Assembly (NCBI GenBank): GCA_963675755.2
Contig: CAXXMD010000003.1
Location: 2,816,001-2,880,000 of the forward strand
Length of the DNA: 64,000 nt
Direction: 5' to 3'
From: a bacterium
Lineage (GTDB): Bacteria > Zhuqueibacterota > Zhuqueibacteria > Residuimicrobiales > Krinioviventaceae
In this document: positions 51,243 through 61,403 of the stretch, piece after piece
Position numbering within the stretch: position 1 is the first letter of the stretch
Layout: every line of letters begins with the position of its first letter
The notes under the pieces: model-generated
Told to the model about the DNA's origin: nothing
Databases searched by the model: none
Seen by the model: only the letters and a program-made list of their open reading frames with translations
Translations under genes and position numbers: made by a program

Positions 51243-51270
51243 TACCCTCTGGTTATGCCGGAGGGTAATT
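51243..51270 (+). terminator. Terminator-like hairpin after the ECF operon
   Basis: TTACCCTCTGG-TTATG-CCGGAGGGTAA. Confidence 0.65.
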
Positions 51271-51373
51271 CTCATTTATTAAAATTCCAATCTTTACATT
51301 TTTCATTGATTTTCTTCTGAAATTTGTGTATTAATCAATACACAGAAATAATATCAGTATGAGGATGGATTTA

Positions 51374-53785
51374 ATGGAAAATTTTGAAAAGCTGGGTGCG
51401 TTTTACCTGGGTAAAAATATGGGGCTTGATCAGAAACTAAGCGATGAATTGTGCCTGCTGGATTCCAAAGACCTGACCACGCATGCCGTGTGTGTAGGCA
51501 TGACCGGCAGCGGTAAGACCGGGCTTTGCGTGTCGCTTTTAGAAGAGGCAGCAATGGACAATATCCCTGCGCTGATTATTGATCCCAAAGGCGATATGAC
51601 CAACTTGCTGCTCAATTTCCCGGATTTGTCACCGGAAGAATTCCTGCCCTGGATCAACGAGAGTGAAGCCAGCAAAAAGAATTTATCCCCCGAAGAATAT
51701 GCCGCCAAACAGGCAGAGCTCTGGAAAAACGGTCTGGCGCAGTGGGGCCAGTCCGGTGAGCGGATCCGTGCCATGAAAGACAAAACCGAATTTTCCATCT
51801 ATACACCTGGCAGTACAGCGGGACTGCCGGTATCCATACTCAGTTCTTTTGCCGCACCGGATGCGGCCATTCTCAATGATATGGATGCCTTTGGTGATCG
51901 AATTGAAGCTACTGTCAGCAGTTTGCTGGGATTGCTGGATATCGATGCAGACCCCATCCAAAGCAGGGAGCATATACTGCTTTCTACCATCCTGAAACAT
52001 TTCTGGCAGCAGGGCAAAGACCTTGACCTGCCAACACTGATCCTTTCTGTGCAGAAACCACCTTTTAAACAGGTGGGTGTATTTGATATTGAACAGTTTT
52101 TCCCCGCAAATGACCGGTTCAAGCTGGCCATTACCATGAACAATTTGATGGCCTCACCGGGATTCCAGAGTTGGCTGCAGGGAGAGGCGCTGAATATTGA
52201 CCGGATGCTCTATAATCAGAACGGCAAACCCCGTCACTCTATATTTTACATCGCCCATTTGTCAGATACGGAACGCATGTTTTTTGTATCGCTGCTGTTG
52301 AATCAGGTCTTGTCTTGGGTGCGCAGTCAGAACGGTACCTCCAGCCTGCGGGCGTTGCTCTATTTTGACGAGCTGTTTGGCTATCTGCCGCCCATTGGCA
52401 ATCCCTCTTCGAAAAAGCCATTGATGACATTGTTAAAGCAGGCGCGTGCCTTTGGACTGGGTGTGGTCATGGCAACGCAGAATCCGGTTGATCTGGATTA
52501 TAAAGGCCTGTCGAATACCGGCTGCTGGTTTATTGGCAGACTGCAAACTGAGCGTGATCGCGAGCGTGTAATTGACGGATTGCTCTCCGCCGGCGGAGAA
52601 AAAGCGGGATTTGATAAAAAGACTTTGAATGCAACCATTGCGGGACTGGACAAGCGCGTGTTTCTGCTTCACAATGTGCATGAAGATGCTCCCGTATTGT
52701 TCCATACCCGCTGGGCCATGTCATATTTATGCGGTCCACTCACAAGACCGCAAATTCAGAAACTGAAACAGGGGCCGGCAGCGGCTTCCGCTCCGGCCGA
52801 ACCTGTCAAAACAGCCGCCAAGGCAGAGAAAGCACCGGCACCTCCAATGTTTGATCCGGATGTTACGGTCTTGTATGCGCCGGTTCGTAAAGCAGTTGCA
52901 GAGACTGAAAAAATAGAATATCGCCCCTGTTTATGGGCGGGCGGTAGCGTGTCGTATTCCAGTAAGAAATATGGTATTGAGCACCAGCAAACCCTGCGGA
53001 ATGTATTCATGATACAGGATGCAATCGTTCCGGTCAATTGGGAACAGGAATACGTGCCGGATCTGGATGAAAATTATCTGCTGCGTGAACCGGATGTGAA
53101 TGCAGGCTTTGCGCAGGTACCCGCAAAAGCAAAAGATGGAAAACAATATACCGCATGGAAACGCGAGTATACCGATCATCTCTATAAATTCATCAAGCTG
53201 GACCTGTTCAAGAGCCCTACTTTGGATATGGTATCGAATCCCGGAGAGAGCGAGCGGGATTTTCGCATCCGGTTGTCACAAGTAGCGCGGGAACAGCGGG
53301 ACGAATGGACAGAGCAGCTCCGTGACAGTTATGCGAAAAAAATCGAAACTCTGGAGAAAAAGCTGGACCGGGCCAAAGATAAGGTTGCCCGTGAAGAACA
53401 GCAGGCCAGTCAGCAAAAACTGCAAACCGCAATATCCATTGGTACAACACTGCTGGGTGCGTTTATGGGGCGTAAAAAAATATCGAGTACTACGGTCAGC
53501 CGCGCGGGTACGGTCGCACGGCAGGCCGGGCGATCCATGAAAGAAAGTCAGGACATCAAGATGGCTGAGGAAATCGTCCGTGAGCTTGAACAGGATTTAC
53601 AGGACCTGCAGGAAGAGTTTCAATCCGAGCTCGACGAACGCGAAGCACAGCTCGATATGCTGAACGAAAAGCTTGAAACAGAAAGTATCAAACCCTTTAA
53701 AAAAGATATTCTGGTACAGTTGATGACATTTGTCTGGGTGCCATGCAGAATTACTCCGACCGGAGATGCGGAATTGCTGGTTTGA
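51374..53785 (+). CDS. HerA/FtsK-superfamily ATPase (DUF87/DUF853-like) with C-terminal coiled coil
   Basis: THAVCVGMTGSGKT Walker A, IIDPKGD, LYFDE Walker B, KQARAFGLGVVMATQNPVDLD. Confidence 0.88.
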   Translation: MENFEKLGAFYLGKNMGLDQKLSDELCLLDSKDLTTHAVCVGMTGSGKTGLCVSLLEEAAMDNIPALIIDPKGDMTNLLLNFPDLSPEEFLPWINESEASKKNLSPEEYAAKQAELWKNGLAQWGQSGERIRAMKDKTEFSIYTPGSTAGLPVSILSSFAAPDAAILNDMDAFGDRIEATVSSLLGLLDIDADPIQSREHILLSTILKHFWQQGKDLDLPTLILSVQKPPFKQVGVFDIEQFFPANDRFKLAITMNNLMASPGFQSWLQGEALNIDRMLYNQNGKPRHSIFYIAHLSDTERMFFVSLLLNQVLSWVRSQNGTSSLRALLYFDELFGYLPPIGNPSSKKPLMTLLKQARAFGLGVVMATQNPVDLDYKGLSNTGCWFIGRLQTERDRERVIDGLLSAGGEKAGFDKKTLNATIAGLDKRVFLLHNVHEDAPVLFHTRWAMSYLCGPLTRPQIQKLKQGPAAASAPAEPVKTAAKAEKAPAPPMFDPDVTVLYAPVRKAVAETEKIEYRPCLWAGGSVSYSSKKYGIEHQQTLRNVFMIQDAIVPVNWEQEYVPDLDENYLLREPDVNAGFAQVPAKAKDGKQYTAWKREYTDHLYKFIKLDLFKSPTLDMVSNPGESERDFRIRLSQVAREQRDEWTEQLRDSYAKKIETLEKKLDRAKDKVAREEQQASQQKLQTAISIGTTLLGAFMGRKKISSTTVSRAGTVARQAGRSMKESQDIKMAEEIVRELEQDLQDLQEEFQSELDEREAQLDMLNEKLETESIKPFKKDILVQLMTFVWVPCRITPTGDAELLV

Positions 53786-53900
53786 TTTATTATAACAAAT
53801 ATAGATGAAAAACGATCCCCGCGCTCGACTTACTAATTAATGAATCGAATACTAAGGATCTTAATATTTTGATATTGTACAAAACAATTTTGGAGAATAT

Positions 53901-54779
53901 ATGGAACGTATAGGATTTGTAGGCCTGGGCATTATGGGACTGCCCATGTGCAAGAACCTGCTCAAAGCAGGATTTACCGTAACCGCGTGGAATCGTACTG
54001 CGTCAAAAATAGATGAGGTTGTGGCCGCGGGCGCGGCAGCAGGTGAATCTCCAGCGGATGTTGCGGCAAAATCAGATGTTATCATTACCATCGTTTCAGA
54101 CACCCCGGATGTTGAGGCAGTTATTTTGGGAGAGAACGGTGTTATCAATGGAGCCAAACCCGGCAGTGTGGTGATCGATATGAGTACTATATCTCCGGCA
54201 GCAACCAAAGAAATGGCCAAAGCCCTGAAAGAAAAGAGCATAGATATGCTGGACGCCCCGGTCAGCGGTGGCGATACTGGCGCTATTGCCGGTACACTGG
54301 CGATTATGGTCGGTGGAGATAAATCGGTTGTAGAACGTTGTTTGCCGGTGTTTGAAGCCATGGGTAAAAGTATAACCCATGTGGGTACAAATGGTATGGG
54401 CCAGACCGTCAAACTGTGCAACCAGATCCTGGTATCTGTTACCAATATGGCAGTGTGCGAAGCGGTTACCTTTGCAAGACGGGCCGGACTTGATCCGCAG
54501 ATCATGATAGAAGCCGTGAAAAACGGTGCGGCGGGCTCTTGGCAGCTCTCAAATCTGGGGCCTAAAATGGCGGACCGCGATTTCGCTCCAGGATTCATGA
54601 TTGATTTGCAGCAAAAGGATCTAAGATTAGCGCTGGAAGCGGCAAGAGATTCTCAAACCGCATTACCCGCATTAGGCTTGGTATACCAGTTGTTTACCGG
54701 CTGTCAGGCAAACGGTCAGGGAAGTGAAGGTACCCAGGGTTTGATCAAGGCTATTGAAAGACTGGCTGGTGAAATGTAA
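53901..54779 (+). CDS. 3-hydroxyisobutyrate / tartronate semialdehyde reductase-family NAD(P) oxidoreductase
   Basis: GFVGLGIMG, DMSTISP, DAPVSGG, KLCNQ, F.PGF...KDL. Confidence 0.95.
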   Translation: MERIGFVGLGIMGLPMCKNLLKAGFTVTAWNRTASKIDEVVAAGAAAGESPADVAAKSDVIITIVSDTPDVEAVILGENGVINGAKPGSVVIDMSTISPAATKEMAKALKEKSIDMLDAPVSGGDTGAIAGTLAIMVGGDKSVVERCLPVFEAMGKSITHVGTNGMGQTVKLCNQILVSVTNMAVCEAVTFARRAGLDPQIMIEAVKNGAAGSWQLSNLGPKMADRDFAPGFMIDLQQKDLRLALEAARDSQTALPALGLVYQLFTGCQANGQGSEGTQGLIKAIERLAGEM

Positions 54780-54809
54780 TTGTACATTCATGAGGGAGAG
54801 GTTTTTATT

Positions 54810-55943
54810 GTGCGTATTCACAAATTCATCATCTTGATTTTGTTGTCGTTTGCTGTTTGGGCTTTAGGAGCGGATCTTGAGCTAGAGTTATCAGGCCGGG
54901 TCATTAACCGTGAAACACAAGAGCCGGTGTTCTTTGTTCAGGTGTTTCTGGCTAACACAACTATTGGCACAACAACAGACAAAGATGGAAATTTTAAGAT
55001 AAAGCGGGACCATTTTTCTCCCGGTACCTATCAGTTGATTGTTCACCATGTAGCATTTGAAATGCAGACTATAGAGCTTGCGGTTTTCCAAAACACAAAA
55101 CAGGAAATAACTGTTGAGCTGGCCCCCAAAGTGTGGGAGGGTGAGCAAGTTGAAGTGACCGCAACTGATCCTCATGAGTGGAAGAACCGTTTAGAGCGGT
55201 TTCTGGACATTTTCATCGGGCAATCGGATAATACGAAATATACAACGCTCAAAAATCCCCAGGTGCTGGATTTTTATATGGATTCCAAAACCAATGAAAT
55301 GGTAGCGAGAACAGATAGTGTATTGAGGATTGAAAATATGGCATTGGGTTATGATCTGGAGATTGTTTTGCATGATTTTCGATGTTCAGATTATTCTCAA
55401 GAGTATTTGTGTTATCCTCGTTTTATTGAAAAAGAGCCGGCTAATGATAAAGTGCACAAGAAATGGATAGAAAATCGTGAGAAAGCCTGGTATGGTTCAT
55501 ACCGACATTTTTTACGTACTGTTGTATTTACGGCGAATCCCAATAGAAAAAATCAATCAAAACGTTTGATTAAAAAATGGGAAATGCCTACCGAATCCAC
55601 TTTTAATATTTTTGATGTGTATAATAAAGATAAAAAGTTTATTGTTTATCCCGGTTTTATAGATGCCAATAAAGATTTTCGACATTCATATACCAACGCA
55701 CCTGCACCATTCGAAATAGACGAGTTGGAGAACCAATATTCGCTGGGATTCAATGGCTGGCTGCAGGTATTTTATAACTATGAACGTTTGCCGGAAGCGA
55801 GCTATATTCGTTTGCTTGATGGGCTCAGCTTTACCCTGCTTGATACGTTGGGGAATGAAACCAGTCGTGCAAGTATCATGAAAGGGGGACGTTGGCTGCG
55901 TGAAGGTATGGGTGATCTTTTACCACGAGATTACCTGCCATGA
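54810..55943 (+). CDS. Exported carboxypeptidase-regulatory-like domain protein
   Basis: GGAGAGG RBS and GTG at 54810, signal peptide, LSGRVIN..T.EP..VFLANTTIGTTTDKDGNF. Confidence 0.8.
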   Translation: MRIHKFIILILLSFAVWALGADLELELSGRVINRETQEPVFFVQVFLANTTIGTTTDKDGNFKIKRDHFSPGTYQLIVHHVAFEMQTIELAVFQNTKQEITVELAPKVWEGEQVEVTATDPHEWKNRLERFLDIFIGQSDNTKYTTLKNPQVLDFYMDSKTNEMVARTDSVLRIENMALGYDLEIVLHDFRCSDYSQEYLCYPRFIEKEPANDKVHKKWIENREKAWYGSYRHFLRTVVFTANPNRKNQSKRLIKKWEMPTESTFNIFDVYNKDKKFIVYPGFIDANKDFRHSYTNAPAPFEIDELENQYSLGFNGWLQVFYNYERLPEASYIRLLDGLSFTLLDTLGNETSRASIMKGGRWLREGMGDLLPRDYLP

Positions 55944-55997
55944 TTGTAAGAAAAAAGAAAAAAATGTATGAAAAATTGAACCGGTTCAGAAAAATGC

Positions 55998-56026
55998 TTG
56001 ACATTGTTGTCTGAAAAGTATAAACT
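55998..56026 (+). promoter_or_regulatory. Sigma70 promoter
   Basis: TTGACA (55998-56003), 17 bp, TAAACT (56021-56026). Confidence 0.6.
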
Positions 56027-56066
56027 ATGATAATTAGTAATTGGGTAATTAAATAAAGGGTTAATT

Positions 56067-57395
56067 GTGGAAAAAACAAATCAAACCAGAAGAGAATTTG
56101 TAAAAACCGCAGCAACCGGTGCTGCCGCTGCTGCCATGTTTTCAACCGTGCCTGCAAAAGTATTGGGCGCCAATGATAAACTGCGTGTAGCAGTTATGGG
56201 AACACGTAGTCGTGGTCGTGCATTGTATACTGAATTTGCAAAATCTCCCCATACCGAAGTTGCATATGTATGTGATGTAGATTCACGCGTTATTGAAAAA
56301 TCTGTCAAAGATTTGGATGAAATGCAGGGCAAAAAACCAAAAGGTGTTGAAGATTTTCGTGAAGCACTGGATGACAAGGATGTAGATATTCTTGCAATTG
56401 CTGCACCTGACCATTGGCATGCTCCTGCTGCTTTGTTGGGTATGAAAGCGGGAAAACATATTTATGTTGAAAAACCATGTGGTCATAATCCTCATGAAGG
56501 CGAATTGCTGGTTGCCGCACAGAAAAAATACAACAAGGTTGTGCAAATGGGTAACCAACAACGTTCATCAATTCAAACCATTCAGGCTTTGAAAGAATTA
56601 AAAGAAGGTATTATCGGTCGTCCCTATTATGCTAAAGCATGGTATACAAGCGATCGTGGTCCTATTGGCAATGGCAAAATTGCACCTGTTCCGGAATGGC
56701 TAAACTGGGAACTGTGGCAGGGACCTGCACCACGTGTTCCGTTTCGCGACAATGTTGTGCATTACAACTGGCATTGGTTCTGGCGTTGGGGTACCGGTGA
56801 AGCATTGAACAATGGTACCCATGAAGTTGATGTTGCACGTTGGGCTTTGGGTGTAGATTTTCCACTTAAAACCACTTCTGCTGGCGGTCGTTTGCATTAT
56901 GAAGATGACTGGGAATTTTATGATACTCAGAACATTATGTACGAGTTTGAAGGCGGAAAAGCGATCAACTGGGAAGGCAGAAGCTGTAACGGTTTTAACT
57001 TTTATGGACGTGGTCGCGGAACCATTATTTCCGCAACCGAAGGTACCCTGATTGTAGATCGTAATGGTCACGAGTTTTATGACAAGAAACATAAACTCAT
57101 CAAAGAATACAAAGATAGTGCTGAAAATAATACCATGGGCACCACCGGTTTGGGCGATCCTTTGAATGAATTGCATGTTGGAAACTTTATTGACGCCATC
57201 AAAAACGGCGCAAAACAGAATTCACATATTGCCGAAGGTTACAAGAGTGTTCTGCTTTGTCAGCTCGGAAATATTTCTCAAAAAATGGGTCGTACCCTGT
57301 ATACTGATCCTCGTAACGGCCGCATTGTTGGCGATCCTGAAGCCATGACCATGTGGGGACGTGATTACGAACCCGGTTGGGAAATGCGCATCTGA
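56067..57395 (+). CDS. Tat-exported Gfo/Idh/MocA oxidoreductase
   Basis: TRREFVK twin-arginine motif, APDHWH, YVEKP, QMGNQQRS, HYNWHWF. Confidence 0.95.
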   Translation: MEKTNQTRREFVKTAATGAAAAAMFSTVPAKVLGANDKLRVAVMGTRSRGRALYTEFAKSPHTEVAYVCDVDSRVIEKSVKDLDEMQGKKPKGVEDFREALDDKDVDILAIAAPDHWHAPAALLGMKAGKHIYVEKPCGHNPHEGELLVAAQKKYNKVVQMGNQQRSSIQTIQALKELKEGIIGRPYYAKAWYTSDRGPIGNGKIAPVPEWLNWELWQGPAPRVPFRDNVVHYNWHWFWRWGTGEALNNGTHEVDVARWALGVDFPLKTTSAGGRLHYEDDWEFYDTQNIMYEFEGGKAINWEGRSCNGFNFYGRGRGTIISATEGTLIVDRNGHEFYDKKHKLIKEYKDSAENNTMGTTGLGDPLNELHVGNFIDAIKNGAKQNSHIAEGYKSVLLCQLGNISQKMGRTLYTDPRNGRIVGDPEAMTMWGRDYEPGWEMRI

Positions 57396-57425
57396 TAGTA
57401 AATAAAAGATAATAATAGTTATTTT

Positions 57426-57457
57426 GCCCCGGTGTGTTATCATATCGGGGCTTTTTT
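57426..57457 (+). terminator. Intrinsic terminator
   Basis: GCCCCGGTGTG-TTAT-CATATCGGGGC followed by T6. Confidence 0.85.
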
Positions 57458-57631
57458 GTTAGCAAGTTTTCAGTTGTCAGTATTCAGTTATTAGAATATA
57501 TCCTTTATCTATTTTTGTAATAATCAACACCAAGAGAATCCATTACAAAAAAAGTATTTTCTGTTTTTATTTTGAGAAAATTTTTGTTAAACTCTATTTA
57601 TTGAACTGGAATCTGATCAGTAAGGAGTGCC

Positions 57632-57919
57632 ATGGGGCTGTCATTTAAATCGGGAATTCTTTATCAATTAAAACGGATCATCAGGCTGGTATTGGGTTTT
57701 ATTTTTTTGATTTTGGGGATATTGGGATTGTTTTTACCCATTTTACAAGGGATTCTATTTCTCGTTATTTCCGCGTTACTGCTTGCACCGGACGTACCTT
57801 TTATACGTCGTCTTCTCAAAAAGCTGCGAAAAAGATATCCCCGGGCTGTTCGTATAGCCGAATCCATTAGCGGTACATTGGATAAAGAAGAAGAGAATGG
57901 TGAAAATGCTGATAAATAA
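57632..57919 (+). CDS. Small PGPGW-like membrane protein
   Basis: GILGLFLPILQGILF hairpin TM and basic C-terminus. AAGGAG RBS. Confidence 0.75.
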   Translation: MGLSFKSGILYQLKRIIRLVLGFIFLILGILGLFLPILQGILFLVISALLLAPDVPFIRRLLKKLRKRYPRAVRIAESISGTLDKEEENGENADK

Positions 57920-57935
57920 ATTTAAGGGAAGTAAG

Positions 57936-58940
57936 ATGAAAAAGCTGCTTTTGTTGTTCGTGTTGACATTAATTTCCTGTACTGGGACGGAACAGTTTCC
58001 CCAACTCTCTGGTGCGTACCTGGGACAAACGCCACCCGGAAACACTGCTGAATTGTTTGCGCCGGGTATTGTATCTACCGGTATGTATACACGTGACATG
58101 AGCATAATGCCGGATGGAAACGAGATTTATTACAGCGTGATACTGGGACAATACAAATACACTGCAATTATGGTAACCAAACTGGTAGACGGTATCTGGA
58201 CAAAACCGGAAGTGACGTCATTTTCTGAAAATCCGGATTGGATGGATATTGAGCATTGTATCTCCGCTGACGGTAAGCAATTCTTTTTCATGTCTAATCG
58301 ACCTGACAGCGCGGCAGGAGAGACGGTACCGGGCGATCCTGATATCTGGGTAATGGACCGGCAGGGAGATGGCTGGAGCGCACCCCGTAACCTTGGTGTT
58401 CCTGTCAATAGTGAGGATGAAGAATTTTTCCCGTCAGTTACTCAAGACGGTACTCTTTATTTTACCCGGCAGGGTAAAGGGAACCCTCTTGGTATTATCT
58501 ATCGTTCACGCCTTGTGGATGGCAAATACACAGAGCCAGAAGCATTGCCCGAGCAGGTCAATTGCGGCCGAAACCGTTTCAACTCTTTTATTGCTAAAGA
58601 TGAAAGTTATATCATTACTCCTGTAGTTGGAACCGATGATAGTTACGGTGGCATTGACTATTATATTACATTTTGCAACGAAAATGATAACTGGAGCCAA
58701 CCCTTGAATATGGGCCCCCAGGTCAATTCTGCAGACCGGAATGAATACTCGCCTTTTGTATCTCCTGATGGTAAATACTTTTTCTTTATGTCGGGACGGG
58801 CCAATCCAGCAGCAGAACCGAAAAAGCTGGACGCTGAAATTCTACAATCAATTCAAAGCTCATCTGATAATGGGAATCCCAGTATCTTTTGGATCCGTAC
58901 AGATGTGATAGATTCTTTAAAAAACAAAGCAATTTTTTAA
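57936..58940 (+). CDS. PD40/TolB-like beta-propeller lipoprotein
   Basis: Lipobox LISC, YLGQTPPG..AELFAPGIVS, SADGKQFFFMSNR, SPDGKYFFFMS. Confidence 0.88.
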   Translation: MKKLLLLFVLTLISCTGTEQFPQLSGAYLGQTPPGNTAELFAPGIVSTGMYTRDMSIMPDGNEIYYSVILGQYKYTAIMVTKLVDGIWTKPEVTSFSENPDWMDIEHCISADGKQFFFMSNRPDSAAGETVPGDPDIWVMDRQGDGWSAPRNLGVPVNSEDEEFFPSVTQDGTLYFTRQGKGNPLGIIYRSRLVDGKYTEPEALPEQVNCGRNRFNSFIAKDESYIITPVVGTDDSYGGIDYYITFCNENDNWSQPLNMGPQVNSADRNEYSPFVSPDGKYFFFMSGRANPAAEPKKLDAEILQSIQSSSDNGNPSIFWIRTDVIDSLKNKAIF

Positions 58941-59029
58941 TATTAGCGGATTACCACTCATCGGGGGCTTTTCTTTTAAATGTTAAATTGTCGTTAATTA
59001 TTTGACACCTGCGTCAAATTTTAAATTAA

Positions 59030-59045
59030 TGGCATTAACATTGCT
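59030..59045 (+). promoter_or_regulatory. Sigma54 -24/-12 promoter
   Basis: TGGCATTAACATTGCT, exact GG-N10-GC spacing. Palindrome ATTTGAC-N6-GTCAAAT at 59000-59019. Confidence 0.7.
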
Positions 59046-59249
59046 TTATTTCCAATATCTTTAAAATTTTATTTTTTGGGTCAGGGTGCAAGTAATTGAA
59101 ATATAATAGCTTAATTCGATTATTGCGTTGTGCGGTGATTTTTTCTGGTAACTTTTTTTTCTTTTTGGTATATATTTTTTCCCAATAAGCAACATCAGAT
59201 TATTAGTAATATTTTTGAATTATCATAATATACGTTAAAAGGAAGTGAA

Positions 59250-61403
59250 ATGAAAAGTCTTGCTGCAGTAATTGATGTTATAGCTGAAAAATGTAAAAAT
59301 TGCCACGCATGCATAACTGCCTGCCCTGTTAAATATTGTAATAATGCCAATGGAGACCACGTACAGGTAAATCACGATATGTGTATTGGATGTGGTTCCT
59401 GCATCAAGGCTTGTACACATGGGGCCCGTACAATTATTGATGATTTTGATTTATTTTTGAAAAATGTAAAAAACGAAAAAGTAGTAGCTATTGTGGCTCC
59501 GGCGGTTGCTCCCAATTTCCCTGAAAAGCATTTGTATTTTAACGGTTGGTTAAAATCGTTGGGAGTTGATGCCATTTTTGATGTAAGCTTTGGGGCGGAA
59601 TTAACTGTAAAATCTTATCTGGAACATATAAAAACTAATCAGCCTCAGGCTGTAATTGCTCAACCATGCCCCGCAATTGTTTCCTTTATTGAAATTTACA
59701 AGCCCGAGTTGCTCAACGTCCTTGCTCCGGCTGACAGCCCCATGATGCATACATTGAAAATGATTAAGCAATTTTATCCTGAATTTAAATTTCACAAAAC
59801 CGTTATTATTTCTCCGTGTGTTGCTAAAAAACGCGAGTTTGATGACTGTGGTATTGGCAACTATAATGTAACTTTTGCAGCCATTGATGATTATTTCATG
59901 CAAAAAGGTATTCGTGTTGACAGTTATCCGAAAATTGAATTTGATAATCCACCGGCAGAGCGAGCTGTTTTATTCTCCACACCGGGCGGATTAATGCGGA
60001 CCGTTGAACGCGAGTTCCCTGATGTAAATAATATTGCAAGAAAAATTGAAGGCCCTGAGATCATTTATGATTATCTTGAACATTTACCTGAAATGATGCA
60101 GCGCAAAATGAATCCATTGTTAATTGATTGCTTGAATTGTGAAGCGGGTTGTAATGGAGGTACCGGTACACATAATCATGAAAAATCTTTTGATGAACTG
60201 GAATTTTGGGTAGAAAAACGTAACAAAGAAATGCAGGAGAAATATGCTCAAAAAGGATTACTGGATAAAAATAAAGGTAAAAAGCAGCTCGAAAAAGCTA
60301 TAGACAGCCACTGGAAACCTGGCCTTTATGACAGAAAATATAATGACCGTTCACAAAACAATACAGTGAAAAAGCCCAATTCACAAGAGCTGAAAGAGAT
60401 TTACAAACAAATCAGTAAATTCAGCGAGGATGATATTTATAATTGTGGTGCTTGCGGTTATGGCGATTGCGAGTCTATGGCAGTTGCTCTGTATAATGGA
60501 TTAAATATACCCGAAAACTGTTTGCATCACCAATTTGCAATTCACAAAGAATTTCATTCGCGGCTTGCAAGCTCATCTACTCAACTTGAAGGAATGGCGC
60601 ATTCAGTAACAAATCAGTGTTCATCTATCAAAGATCGTACAGATAATGTATCTACTAATATTGATGATCTGCGATTATTGTTACACCGTATTCTGGAAAA
60701 TTCAGAAGAAAACAAGAATGTAATTAACAATATATCAACCTCAACAGAAGAAATGAGTGCGACTATTCAGGATATATCTGATAACGCCGAAAAAACACGC
60801 AGTATTACTCAACATGCGGTAGAGAATGTCCGTAATATTCATGAAAGGGCACGGGACCTGAATGAAGCAACGGCAGATATTCAATCTGTTATAAAATTAA
60901 TTTTTGAAATTGCAGATCAAACCAAACTGCTGGCAATCAATGCAACCATTGAAGCTGCAAGAGCAGGAGAGGCCGGCAAAGGTTTTGGTGTTGTTGCAAA
61001 TGAGGTCAAGCATCTTGCAGACCAAACCAATGAAGCCACCCGAACCATTCGGGAAAAAGTGGCAAGAATCTCCAGTTCCGCAAATGATACATTGGGTGAA
61101 GTAGGTAATATTAATGAGATTATTGAAAATATTAATGATATGATTACCTCCATTGCAACAGGAGTAGATCAGCAGTCGCAAACTACCAAAAACATGTCTA
61201 TGGATATAATGCAATTCTCACAAAGGATAGAAGAGATCAGTAATCATTTAACGAATTCTTCAGAAAAAGCCAATTCTGTCAGTCATGATGTATTTCAGGT
61301 AAATCAGGTTGTAGGAAATGTAGACTTGTCTGCATCTGAGCTCAAGGTAAATTCAGATCAGCTTTCAAGTTTATGTAGTAAATTATCGAATAATGGTCAC
61401 TAG
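59250..61403 (+). CDS. Soluble chemoreceptor: 2[4Fe-4S], [FeFe]-hydrogenase-like, FeS and MCP signalling domains
   Basis: [90 protein letters not shown]. Confidence 0.9.
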   Translation: MKSLAAVIDVIAEKCKNCHACITACPVKYCNNANGDHVQVNHDMCIGCGSCIKACTHGARTIIDDFDLFLKNVKNEKVVAIVAPAVAPNFPEKHLYFNGWLKSLGVDAIFDVSFGAELTVKSYLEHIKTNQPQAVIAQPCPAIVSFIEIYKPELLNVLAPADSPMMHTLKMIKQFYPEFKFHKTVIISPCVAKKREFDDCGIGNYNVTFAAIDDYFMQKGIRVDSYPKIEFDNPPAERAVLFSTPGGLMRTVEREFPDVNNIARKIEGPEIIYDYLEHLPEMMQRKMNPLLIDCLNCEAGCNGGTGTHNHEKSFDELEFWVEKRNKEMQEKYAQKGLLDKNKGKKQLEKAIDSHWKPGLYDRKYNDRSQNNTVKKPNSQELKEIYKQISKFSEDDIYNCGACGYGDCESMAVALYNGLNIPENCLHHQFAIHKEFHSRLASSSTQLEGMAHSVTNQCSSIKDRTDNVSTNIDDLRLLLHRILENSEENKNVINNISTSTEEMSATIQDISDNAEKTRSITQHAVENVRNIHERARDLNEATADIQSVIKLIFEIADQTKLLAINATIEAARAGEAGKGFGVVANEVKHLADQTNEATRTIREKVARISSSANDTLGEVGNINEIIENINDMITSIATGVDQQSQTTKNMSMDIMQFSQRIEEISNHLTNSSEKANSVSHDVFQVNQVVGNVDLSASELKVNSDQLSSLCSKLSNNGH

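Noticed and set aside
51374-53785. HerA as part of an anti-phage system (Sir2-HerA, Nezha) or NurA-HerA repair
   Set aside because: No sirtuin, nuclease or NurA gene adjacent.
53861-54598. 245-aa minus-strand ORF
   Set aside because: Antisense mirror of the well-supported dehydrogenase, with no RBS or domain.
54777-54810. Two ORFs abutting in the same frame across a TAA, suggesting a read-through fusion
   Set aside because: The dehydrogenase is complete, and the second gene has its own RBS, GTG start and signal peptide.
57468-57495. Degenerate 7-bp repeats (TTCAGTT / GTCAGTA / TTCAGTT)
   Set aside because: Too short and degenerate to support a function.
61400-61403. Convergent genes sharing CTAG as overlapping stop codons
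   Set aside because: Common 4-bp convergent overlap with no further signal.
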